DNA of 64,000 nucleotides from a virus (Duplodnaviria; Caudoviricetes): IMG/VR virus record IMGVR_UViG_2846802666_000001, positions 1,549 to 65,548 of that record; one strand, 5' to 3'. Shown piece by piece: positions 55,700 to 64,000 of this stretch (position 1 is its first letter; each line of letters starts with the position of its first letter). The notes under the pieces were generated by a model. It saw only the letters and a program-made list of their open reading frames with translations, ran no database searches and was not told where the DNA came from. The position numbers and the translations under genes were made by a program.

Positions 55700-57589
55700 A
55701 TGACTTCAACAACACAATACAGACCAGACATTGACGGGCTTCGGGCTTTTGCGATCGTTTCCGTTATGGTGTTCCACGCATTTCCCACCGTGCTGCCTGG
55801 CGGGTTTGTTGGCGTCGATGTTTTTTTCGTCATATCTGGATACCTGATCACCAAAATCATCTGTAGGGGAACTGACAACGGTAGTTTTTCTCTTTTACAG
55901 TTCTACCTACGGCGAGTGCGCAGAATATTCCCAGCACTAATCGTGGTTCTCGCTGCCATGTCGATTATGGCGTTGTACGTTATGGGGCCGTCCGAACTTC
56001 ATTCGTTTGCAGCCACCGTTGCCGGATCTGCAGCATTTGTCTCAAATCTCGTGCTCTGGTCGCAGTCCGGGTATTTTGATACGGCAGCGACCACAAAACC
56101 ACTTTTGCATTTATGGTCGTTGGGAGTTGAGGAGCAGTTTTATATCGTCTGGCCGTTGGTGATTATGATCGCGCCGCAACGCGCTCGAGTGTATGTTTTT
56201 CTTCTGCTGTTCGTCGGGAGCTTTGTCGCCTGCCAAGTGATGACGCACCATGATCCGGTGGCTGCGTTTTACTCTCCGTTCAGTCGAGCGTGGGAACTTG
56301 CTGCTGGCGGACTTGTCTACTGTGTGTCGGGGCGCCTCCGGCCCTTCACTAAAAGATACCCGGTAGCTAGAGAGGTCGCATTCACGATTGGTTGCCTGTT
56401 ATTTGTTTTAGCCCTCGTCATAACATCTGAGGCAAATCCCTTTCCGGGATGGCAGGCTCTTATTCCGGTAGTTGGTGCCGCAATAATCGTAGCCTTCGGC
56501 GGACAATCGCGCATAGCTGGACTGATTCTTGGCAATTCTGTTGGTGTAAAGATAGGGCGAATTTCTTACCCTCTCTATCTCTGGCATTGGCCACTACTCG
56601 TAATCGGCCGCCAGTTGGGTTACCACTCTGCCACAGCGACTGGTGTTATTGTTGTCCTAACGATTTTGCTTTCTATTGGCACCTACAGGCTGATCGAGTT
56701 ACCCATCCAGCGTCAACCTGTTGGGTCGCTTCAATTTTTCTCGCTGGTCGTCCCTCTCGGATCGATTGGTTTGTACGGATTTGTGGCAACTTCAATCGAC
56801 CCCCGTGCTTTGATTTACCCGACAGATATTCGTGCGGCGGCACAGTATTCCACATACGAGGCTGGAGCTGGGGCAAGAGTGGGGTCCTGTTGGGTTGAAC
56901 ACAACACGTTGGTGTTTTCCCCGGAGTGTTATTTCCACGAGGCTGGCGGCAAACCCCGAGTGGCAATCTGGGGTGACTCTCATGCTGCCCGGCTGTACCC
57001 CGGTATTTTGAGAGTTTTGGGCGATAAGGTTGAGGTGGCACAGTTTACGAAAGATGGATGCAGCCCGGCTGACGGAGGAAAAACAGGCTGTGGTTCGACA
57101 AACCGTTTGGTCATGGATTATCTTTTGAAGAACGCCGTGGACACAATCGTTATCTTCGCAAACTGGTCCGATCATGTGCATTCGAATTCTTTTCGATCAG
57201 ATCTCGAACTAATCCTGTCGAGGCTCCGGTCGAATGGAAAACGCGTGGTAATGATTGGTCCATACCCAAATTTCCCGACATCTCTTCCTGACATGGTCGT
57301 GAAACAATGGCTCGCAGGGGAAATATCCGGAGTGCCTGATAGAATTCCAGGCGCGCCAATGCCTAATACTAAAATGGCTGAAACAGCAGTCTCGAATGTG
57401 TCCTCGTCGCAAAAAACGATGTTCGTCTCATTGATATCCTATCTATGCGACGAGAACGGCTGCCTTTCCAATTTACCATCGGGAGGAACTCAGCTCATTG
57501 TGTGGGACTACGGTCACTTGACATTGGCTGGAGCGACAATGGTTGCAGAGCACATCTACCCATTAATGGGCCTCGAAAAACGCCAGTAA
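55700..57589 (+). CDS. OafA-like O-acetyltransferase (acyltransferase-3 plus SGNH domain)
   Basis: YRPDIDGLRA, GGFVGVDVFFVISGYLIT, HLWSLGVEEQFY, SYPLYLWHWP, WGDSHA and DYGHLT. Confidence 0.93.
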   Translation: MTSTTQYRPDIDGLRAFAIVSVMVFHAFPTVLPGGFVGVDVFFVISGYLITKIICRGTDNGSFSLLQFYLRRVRRIFPALIVVLAAMSIMALYVMGPSELHSFAATVAGSAAFVSNLVLWSQSGYFDTAATTKPLLHLWSLGVEEQFYIVWPLVIMIAPQRARVYVFLLLFVGSFVACQVMTHHDPVAAFYSPFSRAWELAAGGLVYCVSGRLRPFTKRYPVAREVAFTIGCLLFVLALVITSEANPFPGWQALIPVVGAAIIVAFGGQSRIAGLILGNSVGVKIGRISYPLYLWHWPLLVIGRQLGYHSATATGVIVVLTILLSIGTYRLIELPIQRQPVGSLQFFSLVVPLGSIGLYGFVATSIDPRALIYPTDIRAAAQYSTYEAGAGARVGSCWVEHNTLVFSPECYFHEAGGKPRVAIWGDSHAARLYPGILRVLGDKVEVAQFTKDGCSPADGGKTGCGSTNRLVMDYLLKNAVDTIVIFANWSDHVHSNSFRSDLELILSRLRSNGKRVVMIGPYPNFPTSLPDMVVKQWLAGEISGVPDRIPGAPMPNTKMAETAVSNVSSSQKTMFVSLISYLCDENGCLSNLPSGGTQLIVWDYGHLTLAGATMVAEHIYPLMGLEKRQ

Positions 57590-57602
57590 CCTACGTCATA
57601 GC

Positions 57603-57788
57603 CTAATATTGGCGGTCCAAGTATTCCTCTTCCGTCTCCTGATCCTGACGGTAGGCCCATTTGCCCTCATCCCAGCGCCGGTAAACCTGACCAAATCCGC
57701 TCGAATAGCTTCCGTCGATCAGCTTGACGCGTAGGAGCGGATTATACGCGTGCCACAGCCCGTTCTTTTTCTCATCAGTCATCGCCAA
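57603..57788 (-). CDS. Small hypothetical protein
   Basis: 61-aa ORF on the opposite strand, GAGG upstream. Confidence 0.45.
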   Translation of the reverse strand: MAMTDEKKNGLWHAYNPLLRVKLIDGSYSSGFGQVYRRWDEGKWAYRQDQETEEEYLDRQY

Positions 57789-57837
57789 TCCTCAACCAGT
57801 CGTTTTCTTGGTTGAGATTACTCTTAAGAGGTTTCCT

Positions 57838-58830
57838 ATGTCCATTCCCCTGGGAGACTGTCTGACGCCTGAGGACTTCAACGCAATTGGCGATTGTATC
57901 GCCTGGGGCCAAGGGACTGACAACACTGCGGCGTTTCAGGCAGCGATAGATACTGGTCGGCGCATCAGCTTGCACCATTCGACCAAAACGTACCGCATCG
58001 GCGGTGTCCTGAGAATTCCGGATTACCAGCAGATATTGGGTGGCGGGTTCAGCTCTGGCGCTCCTATGGGTGTTGAGCCCGGATGTGCCAGACTGGTATT
58101 CGATGGGGGTGGTGACGCCTGTTTCGTAAACAAAAACCCCACAGACAAGCTGAGGTGCGTAGGTATCTCAGGCCTCAACATCCTTTGCTCCGATGACTAC
58201 GAGGCGGTCATGGATTTTCGAACCGCCGAAAATCTCCACCTCCGGGATTTGATGATCGAGGTCGTCGGGGACAACACGACCGGGATAGTCACGAAGAAAG
58301 CAGAGCCGGCGGAAGACAGCTGGATGAATGAGGCAAAGACCGTCATTATCAGGCTTCCCGACACGTCTAACAAATGGGCGTTTGACGTGGACTGGTCGGA
58401 CAGCCTGGTGGACGGGTGTCATTTCACCGGCGGAAAATGCGCCATAGATCGCGGCTGGGGCGTTCGATGGACAGGCAACCAATTCGAGCGGTCCAAAATG
58501 CACGGGCTGCATATTTACAAAACGACCGCTCGCAAGAACTCGCTCGTCATTGGTAATTCCTTCGATGCGAATACCTATTGCGGAATATGCATCGATGCGA
58601 CCAACGATCCCATCGCGAGTGACCACAGATTTGGCATTTCTATAACTGGTAACAACTTTCGCACCGAAAACCCCAATGGCGGCGCGCCGGGCGCTGCCTC
58701 CATCTATCTGTCTAACAATGGTTCGGCACAGTACCACCCCGGTAAGATTTCAGGAAACTCCGAACTGAACAGCGACGCCGTTCATCTCTATCTGATCAAC
58801 GGTAACTGGGTCACCCCGACCACTTTCTAG
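57838..58830 (+). CDS. Pectate-lyase-3-like beta-helix protein (possible depolymerase)
   Basis: PEDFNAIGD...TDNTAAFQAAID; repeated GNxF turns. Confidence 0.75.
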   Translation: MSIPLGDCLTPEDFNAIGDCIAWGQGTDNTAAFQAAIDTGRRISLHHSTKTYRIGGVLRIPDYQQILGGGFSSGAPMGVEPGCARLVFDGGGDACFVNKNPTDKLRCVGISGLNILCSDDYEAVMDFRTAENLHLRDLMIEVVGDNTTGIVTKKAEPAEDSWMNEAKTVIIRLPDTSNKWAFDVDWSDSLVDGCHFTGGKCAIDRGWGVRWTGNQFERSKMHGLHIYKTTARKNSLVIGNSFDANTYCGICIDATNDPIASDHRFGISITGNNFRTENPNGGAPGAASIYLSNNGSAQYHPGKISGNSELNSDAVHLYLINGNWVTPTTF

Positions 58831-58871
58831 CCGTAACTCGGCAGGCATTATCCCCAAATAGGAGAACATCT

Positions 58872-59549
58872 ATGGCGACTGTACGCGAGGTACAGCAGCG
58901 CTTGATTTCGCTCGGCTATGATGTCGGGCCATCCGGCGCTGATGGCATTCCCGGCCGCAGCACAACAAAGGCTGTCACCCATTTTCAGGAGGATAAGAAA
59001 CTCTCTATCCTCTATCCTGGCACGATTGGCCCGAAGACGCTCGTTGCGCTCGGTCTGAACGACAATAAGCCCATGGTTCCGCCGTGGGTGACGGAAGCGC
59101 GCCGCTTCCTCGGCCTGCACGAGGTGAAGAACGCCAAGGCGCTGGATAAAGCCCTCCGTCTCGACGCAAGTGAAATCGCGTGGTGCGGTGCATTCGTCGG
59201 CGTGGTTATCGCCACAGCGCTGCCGAAAGAACCGATGCCGGCGAACCCGCTCGGCTCTCGAAACTGGCTGAAATTCGGCAAACCGCTGAATGACCCTCAG
59301 ATCGGAGCCATCGCCGTCTTCTGGCGTGGCTCAAAGGACGGCTGGCAAGGTCACGTCGGCATTGTTGTCGGCCACGACAAGACCCACCTGCATATCCTCG
59401 GCGGCAATCAGTCCGATTCCGTCAGTGTCGCACGCATCGCGAAAACCCGGCTTCTCGGCTACCGTTGGGCCGTGACCTATCAGGATGCGCCCTACGTCGC
59501 CCTGCCAATGACCACGATTTCGGCCAGCGTCACGACAAACGAGGCATGA
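58872..59549 (+). CDS. Endolysin (peptidoglycan-binding domain plus NlpC/P60-like TIGR02594 domain)
   Basis: VQQRLISLGY..ADGIPG; WCGAFV, GHVG and LGGNQSD. Confidence 0.88.
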   Translation: MATVREVQQRLISLGYDVGPSGADGIPGRSTTKAVTHFQEDKKLSILYPGTIGPKTLVALGLNDNKPMVPPWVTEARRFLGLHEVKNAKALDKALRLDASEIAWCGAFVGVVIATALPKEPMPANPLGSRNWLKFGKPLNDPQIGAIAVFWRGSKDGWQGHVGIVVGHDKTHLHILGGNQSDSVSVARIAKTRLLGYRWAVTYQDAPYVALPMTTISASVTTNEA

Positions 59550-59550
59550 C

Positions 59551-59865
59551 ATGGCGGCTATCTCAAAGAAGCTTCGAAGCCTTGAAGGTGGACGCCTTAT
59601 GTTCTGGTGCCCCGGATGTGACGGTGCGCATCAAGTCGGCGTGGGTGAAGGGGTGGGGCCGCGTTGGGGATATAACGGCAACCCAGTCGCACCCACGTTC
59701 ACGCCGTCCGTTCTGGTGACCTACAACGGGCCGGACGCCGACATCGATGGCGCGCCTCCAGCGGTTTGCCACTCCTTCGTCACCGATGGCCGAATTCAAT
59801 TCCTTTCTGATTGCACCCATGCGCTTGCGGGGCAAACGGTAGACATTCCAGACTTTGACAACTGA
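59551..59865 (+). CDS. DUF6527-like Cys/His protein
   Basis: FWCPGC...PTFTPSVL...CHSFVTDGRIQFLSDCTH. Confidence 0.75.
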   Translation: MAAISKKLRSLEGGRLMFWCPGCDGAHQVGVGEGVGPRWGYNGNPVAPTFTPSVLVTYNGPDADIDGAPPAVCHSFVTDGRIQFLSDCTHALAGQTVDIPDFDN

Positions 59866-59888
59866 ACCTCTCTATAAAGGAAACGATT

Positions 59889-60215
59889 ATGAAACGCTTC
59901 GCGATTATCGCACTGGCGGCGCTTTCGCTTGCCTCGTGCTCCGCCACCACCGGATCGATCGATACGGCGATCCAGAAGAATTTGCCGCAGATTTGCACGG
60001 CGGCTGCGACGGCGCACAGCGCCTTCGTCATAGTCGCCAGTGCCGGCGCCATCAAACAGTCGACCGTGGCCAAGGAAGCTGCGGCGTGGGCAGCACTCGA
60101 TGTGGTCTGCAAGGATCCTTCGTCATTCACTGCGGCAACCGCACTTGTGAAGGCGGCTGAGGCATACACGGTCATCACGCTCGCACTGCGCGATGCGAAG
60201 CGGGCGGAGGGTTAA
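59889..60215 (+). CDS. Lipoprotein (possible o-spanin)
   Basis: Lipobox LASC within lysis region. Confidence 0.65.
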   Translation: MKRFAIIALAALSLASCSATTGSIDTAIQKNLPQICTAAATAHSAFVIVASAGAIKQSTVAKEAAAWAALDVVCKDPSSFTAATALVKAAEAYTVITLALRDAKRAEG

Positions 60216-60219
60216 GCCG

Positions 60220-60708
60220 ATGCGGGTTGTTCATGTTCTTGCCTTCGCCGTCGCCATTTTCTCAATCGGCGCGTTCATCCTTTGGCCGGCCTTTGCCCAG
60301 GAGGCGGAACCGGTAATAGCGCCATCCTCTATCTGGTACGATCTCTGGACCGTCGTGCAGCCCGTTGTTGTACTCCTTGTGTCGACTGTCGGCCCGGTAC
60401 TGGTGACTTGGATCGGTGCCAGACTTATCGCCCTGTTGAAAATCTCTGACGAAAAACAGCGCGTCGAGATTGAGGCGCGGTTGCGAGCAGCGTTGCATGA
60501 ATCGGCGCTGAACGCTCTGAAGTACGCCATCACGAAAACCGGGCTGCCCTTGAAAACGGATGCCGTCTCCGGGGCAGTGCTGGGAATTGCGGCGGATTAC
60601 GTCATGCAAAAAAATCCGGATGCGGTTGCAAAACTCGGCGTCGGGCCAAGCGCCTTGCAGGAAATCATACTGTCGAAAGTTCCGGATCTGGCGAAGGCGG
60701 TCAACTGA
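60220..60708 (+). CDS. Membrane protein in lysis region
   Basis: Two hydrophobic segments. Confidence 0.6.
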   Translation: MRVVHVLAFAVAIFSIGAFILWPAFAQEAEPVIAPSSIWYDLWTVVQPVVVLLVSTVGPVLVTWIGARLIALLKISDEKQRVEIEARLRAALHESALNALKYAITKTGLPLKTDAVSGAVLGIAADYVMQKNPDAVAKLGVGPSALQEIILSKVPDLAKAVN

Positions 60709-60745
60709 CCGCCTCTGTCCACTATTGTTCACGAGGAGCAAGGGA

Positions 60746-61009
60746 ATGGAACTGTCGAACGAGATCGGGGGCTGGTTTCTGCAGCACGGACCCTTTGGCG
60801 GTTTCTCCCTGCTCATGGTGATTTTCTACATCTATGAGCGGATCGGCCGGGCCAAGGATCGCGAGGCGCATGATGCCCGCATCAAGGAACTCCAGGACGA
60901 TCATATCGAGACGCTAAAGACACTCGCACCGCTCGTCCAGAAATTCACCGACACCATGGATACGGTACTGCCGGTCATGGTGTCGAACGGAAACAGGAGG
61001 GGCGAATGA
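60746..61009 (+). CDS. Small membrane protein (holin-like)
   Basis: N-terminal TM helix plus coiled coil. Confidence 0.55.
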   Translation: MELSNEIGGWFLQHGPFGGFSLLMVIFYIYERIGRAKDREAHDARIKELQDDHIETLKTLAPLVQKFTDTMDTVLPVMVSNGNRRGE

Positions 61010-61194
61010 GGCTGCTTTCCTGGTGGCGCTTGCCGAAGGTCCAGACCTTACCAGATCCGGAAATAGAAAAAGAGAAACGCGACCGTAAAGCCGATCTGGC
61101 GCAGGCGGTTGTTACATTCGAGCGCCGGCGCGATCGCGTCCAGCGCATCGCGGAGGAAACAGTGGTCAGCATGCAGAAAGGCAGCCGGCGATGA
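61006..61194 (+). CDS. Small hypothetical protein
   Basis: ATGA overlaps on both sides. Confidence 0.55.
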   Translation: MRLLSWWRLPKVQTLPDPEIEKEKRDRKADLAQAVVTFERRRDRVQRIAEETVVSMQKGSRR

Positions 61195-61670
61195 AACGAC
61201 TTAAAACGAGTGTGGCAGCATGGTCTGCCCTGATTGCCGTGATGCTATTCTGGATCGCCAACGCATTTGTAGCAGGCGACTACATGACCGAAGTTTCTTC
61301 AGGCCTCGTTCTCGGGGTTGCGTTCGCTGTTCTGGTTCGCTGGTTCCGCGATGCTGCGCAAGCAATGCGGTATGGCCGCGCCGGCGCCGACTTCCTGATT
61401 GTTGCCGTGTTTTCGATCGTCGGCATCATCTTCTTCCAGCGGGTGTGGGTGATGTTGCTTCGATACCACGAGCGCCCGGATTGGATGGTCAACTCTCCGA
61501 TCAGCGCTTTTGTAGCATGGATGATGGCGTGGTCCTGTACCCTGGCGCTTGTCGCGCCAGACATTGACAACGGCCACATTCCACCGCGGAGCCGTATTCT
61601 GATTGGCTTCGCGCTTTTTGTGGCCGGTATGGTCTCCGGCGGCAGCATCATGCTGGCGCTGAAACCCTGA
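61191..61670 (+). CDS. Multi-pass membrane protein
   Basis: About 5 hydrophobic helices. Confidence 0.7.
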   Translation: MKRLKTSVAAWSALIAVMLFWIANAFVAGDYMTEVSSGLVLGVAFAVLVRWFRDAAQAMRYGRAGADFLIVAVFSIVGIIFFQRVWVMLLRYHERPDWMVNSPISAFVAWMMAWSCTLALVAPDIDNGHIPPRSRILIGFALFVAGMVSGGSIMLALKP

Positions 61671-61702
61671 TCTTTTTCAATCGAAAGCTTGCAGAGGGCA
61701 AA

Positions 61703-61981
61703 ATGACTAACACGTTTCGCGTGGCCGGCGCCACGAATTACCAGCTCGTTGCCGACGGCGCGAACTATGGGCGCGTAGGCATACAGGTAGTCACGGTCTA
61801 TCCTGTTTCCATTTTCATCGGCACGGCTGCACCTGCCAACGACACAGAAGACTTTGTTTCGATGACACCTGATGGGACGCGCGAAATCGTCGTCAATCTG
61901 GCGGCTGCGGATAAGATATATGTTCGGACCGGCAAAGTGACTGACGTGGCCGTTCGGGGTTTTCGGGAGACGCGGACATGA
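61703..61981 (+). CDS. Small beta-rich hypothetical protein
   Basis: GAGGG RBS; overlaps next gene. Confidence 0.65.
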   Translation: MTNTFRVAGATNYQLVADGANYGRVGIQVVTVYPVSIFIGTAAPANDTEDFVSMTPDGTREIVVNLAAADKIYVRTGKVTDVAVRGFRETRT

Positions 61982-63366
61982 GCGGGTTTTCCCTTGGCTT
62001 AGGGGTTCACCTTGGCAAGGCCGATGATTTATCGTTGACAGCAAACGCCTTTGGACCTGCCAAAGCAAAGCTCGAAGCGGGCGAGAATGTAAACATTCTC
62101 GCCAACACCGACAGCACCGGCTATTCCGAATACGGGCCTTACTACAAATTCGCGGTGGCTCTTGGTGACCTTTATAATTGCACGGTCATCATGCATCGCT
62201 GGGCAGAATGGGGCGGCGCCTCTCCCAACGGGCCCAAGGAATACGCAGCGCCGGTCGTTCTTCGAATCGGAACGTCTCAAACAATCGATTTCTGGCTTGC
62301 CGCTCTGCCTGCTCAAGTCGCCGGCTGCATGTTCGAGGCATCGCGAAAGCCGAATGCTATTGATGCCATCCCGAAACCAGACGTGGCGATCACCCACCAT
62401 GGCCACAACATGTCCACGTTCGAAACGCCGAATAATGAGCTTGCCTATGGCCGAGGGCTGTTTTGGTCGATTATCGGCCTCATTAGCTGGCAGTGGAAGG
62501 GTGTCCCGCAGGTTCTCACCACTCAGAACCCGTGGAGAGATAACACGGGCTACAACAAGGTCTACGACGCGATCACCGGCGTTGCCGCTGCCTTTCCATC
62601 TTTGACTCTCGTCGACAGCCACAAGCTTTTCCTGGACGCCGGAAAGTCCGCCACTCTGTATCGGACTGGAGAGGCTACTCCGGTCGTCCACCCGTCTGAC
62701 AGCCAATCCAATTCCATGGGTGCCCAGCTGGTCGCTGATGCGCTCATGGCGCAATTCAAGAATGCCCGCAAGGCGGCGTTTGAGACCGTGAGCTGGATGG
62801 AACTGCCGATCGGCACCAATCTATTTGTGAACGGTGACCTTTCGAACTGGACTGGCACCGTGCCGGTGAATTTCACGAACGTCGCCGGCAACGTGACCGC
62901 CAAGGATACGGACCCTGCGAATATATTCCTCGGCTCCGGCGCTGCATGGTCTGCGAAGCTGGCGCCGTCTGCCTCAAACGGGCAGTTCTCCAAAATCCAG
63001 AACAGCTTCGACGCAACGGAGCGAGCATCAATGGCCGGGAGGAACATCACGGCAATCATGCTTTTGAAAGCGAACCCTGTACAACGCACGCCCTACAACA
63101 GCCTGGTCACCATGTCCGGAGGAGCGGTAAGAACCTTCGCAGGCGGCGGTTTGATGTGGGGCGCGCCACAGGCGGGCGGATGGATGCCTATCGTCCACGC
63201 GGGTGTGCCATGTGACGCAGTCAACAACGATGCAAACTCTTCTTATGGTGTTGCTCCAGGCTTCGGCGCGACCGCCCCAGCGACAGTCAATCCCGCTTGG
63301 CTCCAGCGGTGCGTCATCATTGAAGGGCTTGTTCCTCGCCTTGGGCTGGTGCGGCCGGCCGTGTAA
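61978..63366 (+). CDS. Putative SGNH-like esterase plus carbohydrate-binding domain
   Basis: NTDSTG, HHGHN and VHPS resemble SGNH blocks; NLFVNGDLSNW is CBM-like; SLGLG N-terminus. Confidence 0.55.
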   Translation: MSGFSLGLGVHLGKADDLSLTANAFGPAKAKLEAGENVNILANTDSTGYSEYGPYYKFAVALGDLYNCTVIMHRWAEWGGASPNGPKEYAAPVVLRIGTSQTIDFWLAALPAQVAGCMFEASRKPNAIDAIPKPDVAITHHGHNMSTFETPNNELAYGRGLFWSIIGLISWQWKGVPQVLTTQNPWRDNTGYNKVYDAITGVAAAFPSLTLVDSHKLFLDAGKSATLYRTGEATPVVHPSDSQSNSMGAQLVADALMAQFKNARKAAFETVSWMELPIGTNLFVNGDLSNWTGTVPVNFTNVAGNVTAKDTDPANIFLGSGAAWSAKLAPSASNGQFSKIQNSFDATERASMAGRNITAIMLLKANPVQRTPYNSLVTMSGGAVRTFAGGGLMWGAPQAGGWMPIVHAGVPCDAVNNDANSSYGVAPGFGATAPATVNPAWLQRCVIIEGLVPRLGLVRPAV

Positions 63367-63372
63367 CATTCG

Positions 63373-63406
63373 AAAAGCCGTCCGGTTTACGCCGGACGGC
63401 TTTTTT
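63373..63406. terminator. Bidirectional Rho-independent terminator
   Basis: AAAAGCCGTCCGG-TTTACG-CCGGACGGCTTTTTT between convergent genes. Confidence 0.85.
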
Positions 63407-63701
63407 GCGTTTTGGTTGTCATTCGCTCCGCCAGAACTTTTGTTCTGCGAACGCGCTCGGCATCGCGCTGTTTGGCTGCAGGTGAATCTCGCGGTGAGTG
63501 ATCCGGGCTTAGATTAGCCTGCCCCAACCCGTGACAATACTGGCACCTCCAGCGCCTGTTGATATAGCTTTGCTCGGCTGGCATTTTTTCCAGATCGACT
63601 TTGACGACGCGGTTACATGGGGTGCAATATGCCGTGACCGTGTAGCCTTCGACCCACAAATATCCGTAGGTGCCGGCCTTTGGTTCATAGTTCATGGCCA
63701 A
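63387..63701 (-). CDS. Small zinc-ribbon protein
   Basis: CTPC...CQYC. Confidence 0.65.
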   Translation of the reverse strand: MAMNYEPKAGTYGYLWVEGYTVTAYCTPCNRVVKVDLEKMPAEQSYINRRWRCQYCHGLGQANLSPDHSPRDSPAAKQRDAERVRRTKVLAERMTTKTQKSRPA

Positions 63702-64000
63702 TCCCTCTTTGCGCGCGCCAGAACGAAGCTGTTTTTCTCACGGTTGCCGCAGCCCAGGCACCGCAAGAGCGGTTCCATGGATATGATGGACCGGAATTTT
63801 CCATAACGGCGCTGTAGCGCCCATCTGTCGAGCATGCCGACGTGTTTGCAGCGCCAGCACCGCGCGCCAACGACATACCATTGTGGCAGATCGGCCAAGG
63901 TAGCCGAATGGTCCCGCTCAGGCACAAAAATGCCAGTTGGTTTAGCCGGCATGTTGTCGTTATTGCCGCCGGTCAGATCGATGCCGCGACGATGGCGCAT
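63692..64000 (-). CDS. Small zinc-ribbon protein
   Basis: CWRC...CLGC; start uncertain at window edge. Confidence 0.65.
   Translation of the reverse strand: MRHRRGIDLTGGNNDNMPAKPTGIFVPERDHSATLADLPQWYVVGARCWRCKHVGMLDRWALQRRYGKFRSIISMEPLLRCLGCGNREKNSFVLARAKRDWP

Larger units (their letters stand above)
14118..64000. mobile_element. Temperate prophage, lambda-like head with Mu-like contractile tail; right end outside window
   Basis: Integrase beside att; cI/cro switch; replication, packaging, head, tail and lysis modules in order with intact ORFs. Confidence 0.95.

Overview
The window looks alphaproteobacterial (probably Rhizobiaceae, inferred from LexA-box and promoter motifs and gene content). 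About 1.6 kb of host chromosome (3' end of a fatty-acid beta-oxidation gene, a hypothetical gene, tRNA-Phe) is followed by two elements integrated in tandem at the 3' half of tRNA-Phe, marked by a 50-bp direct repeat at 1569-1618 and 14118-14167. Element 1 (about 12.5 kb) has no capsid gene and looks like a phage satellite. It has its own integrase, an Arc/Arc switch, a Rep-like gene and cargo that includes an orphan PemK toxin. It also carries three parts matching its neighbour: a cos-like packaging site, a terminase small subunit, and an about 81%-identical copy of the neighbour's tail fibre. Element 2 (14168 to beyond 64000) is an apparently intact temperate prophage with lambda-like immunity and head genes and a Mu-like contractile tail. 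Its early operon holds a complete diversity-generating retroelement (RT, Avd, TR) with two tandem Mtd-like targets, plus a beta-clamp. It also encodes an initiator-like tRNA-Met, a DNA-modification cluster and an O-acetyltransferase. All product calls come from motif recognition by eye; no database searches were run.
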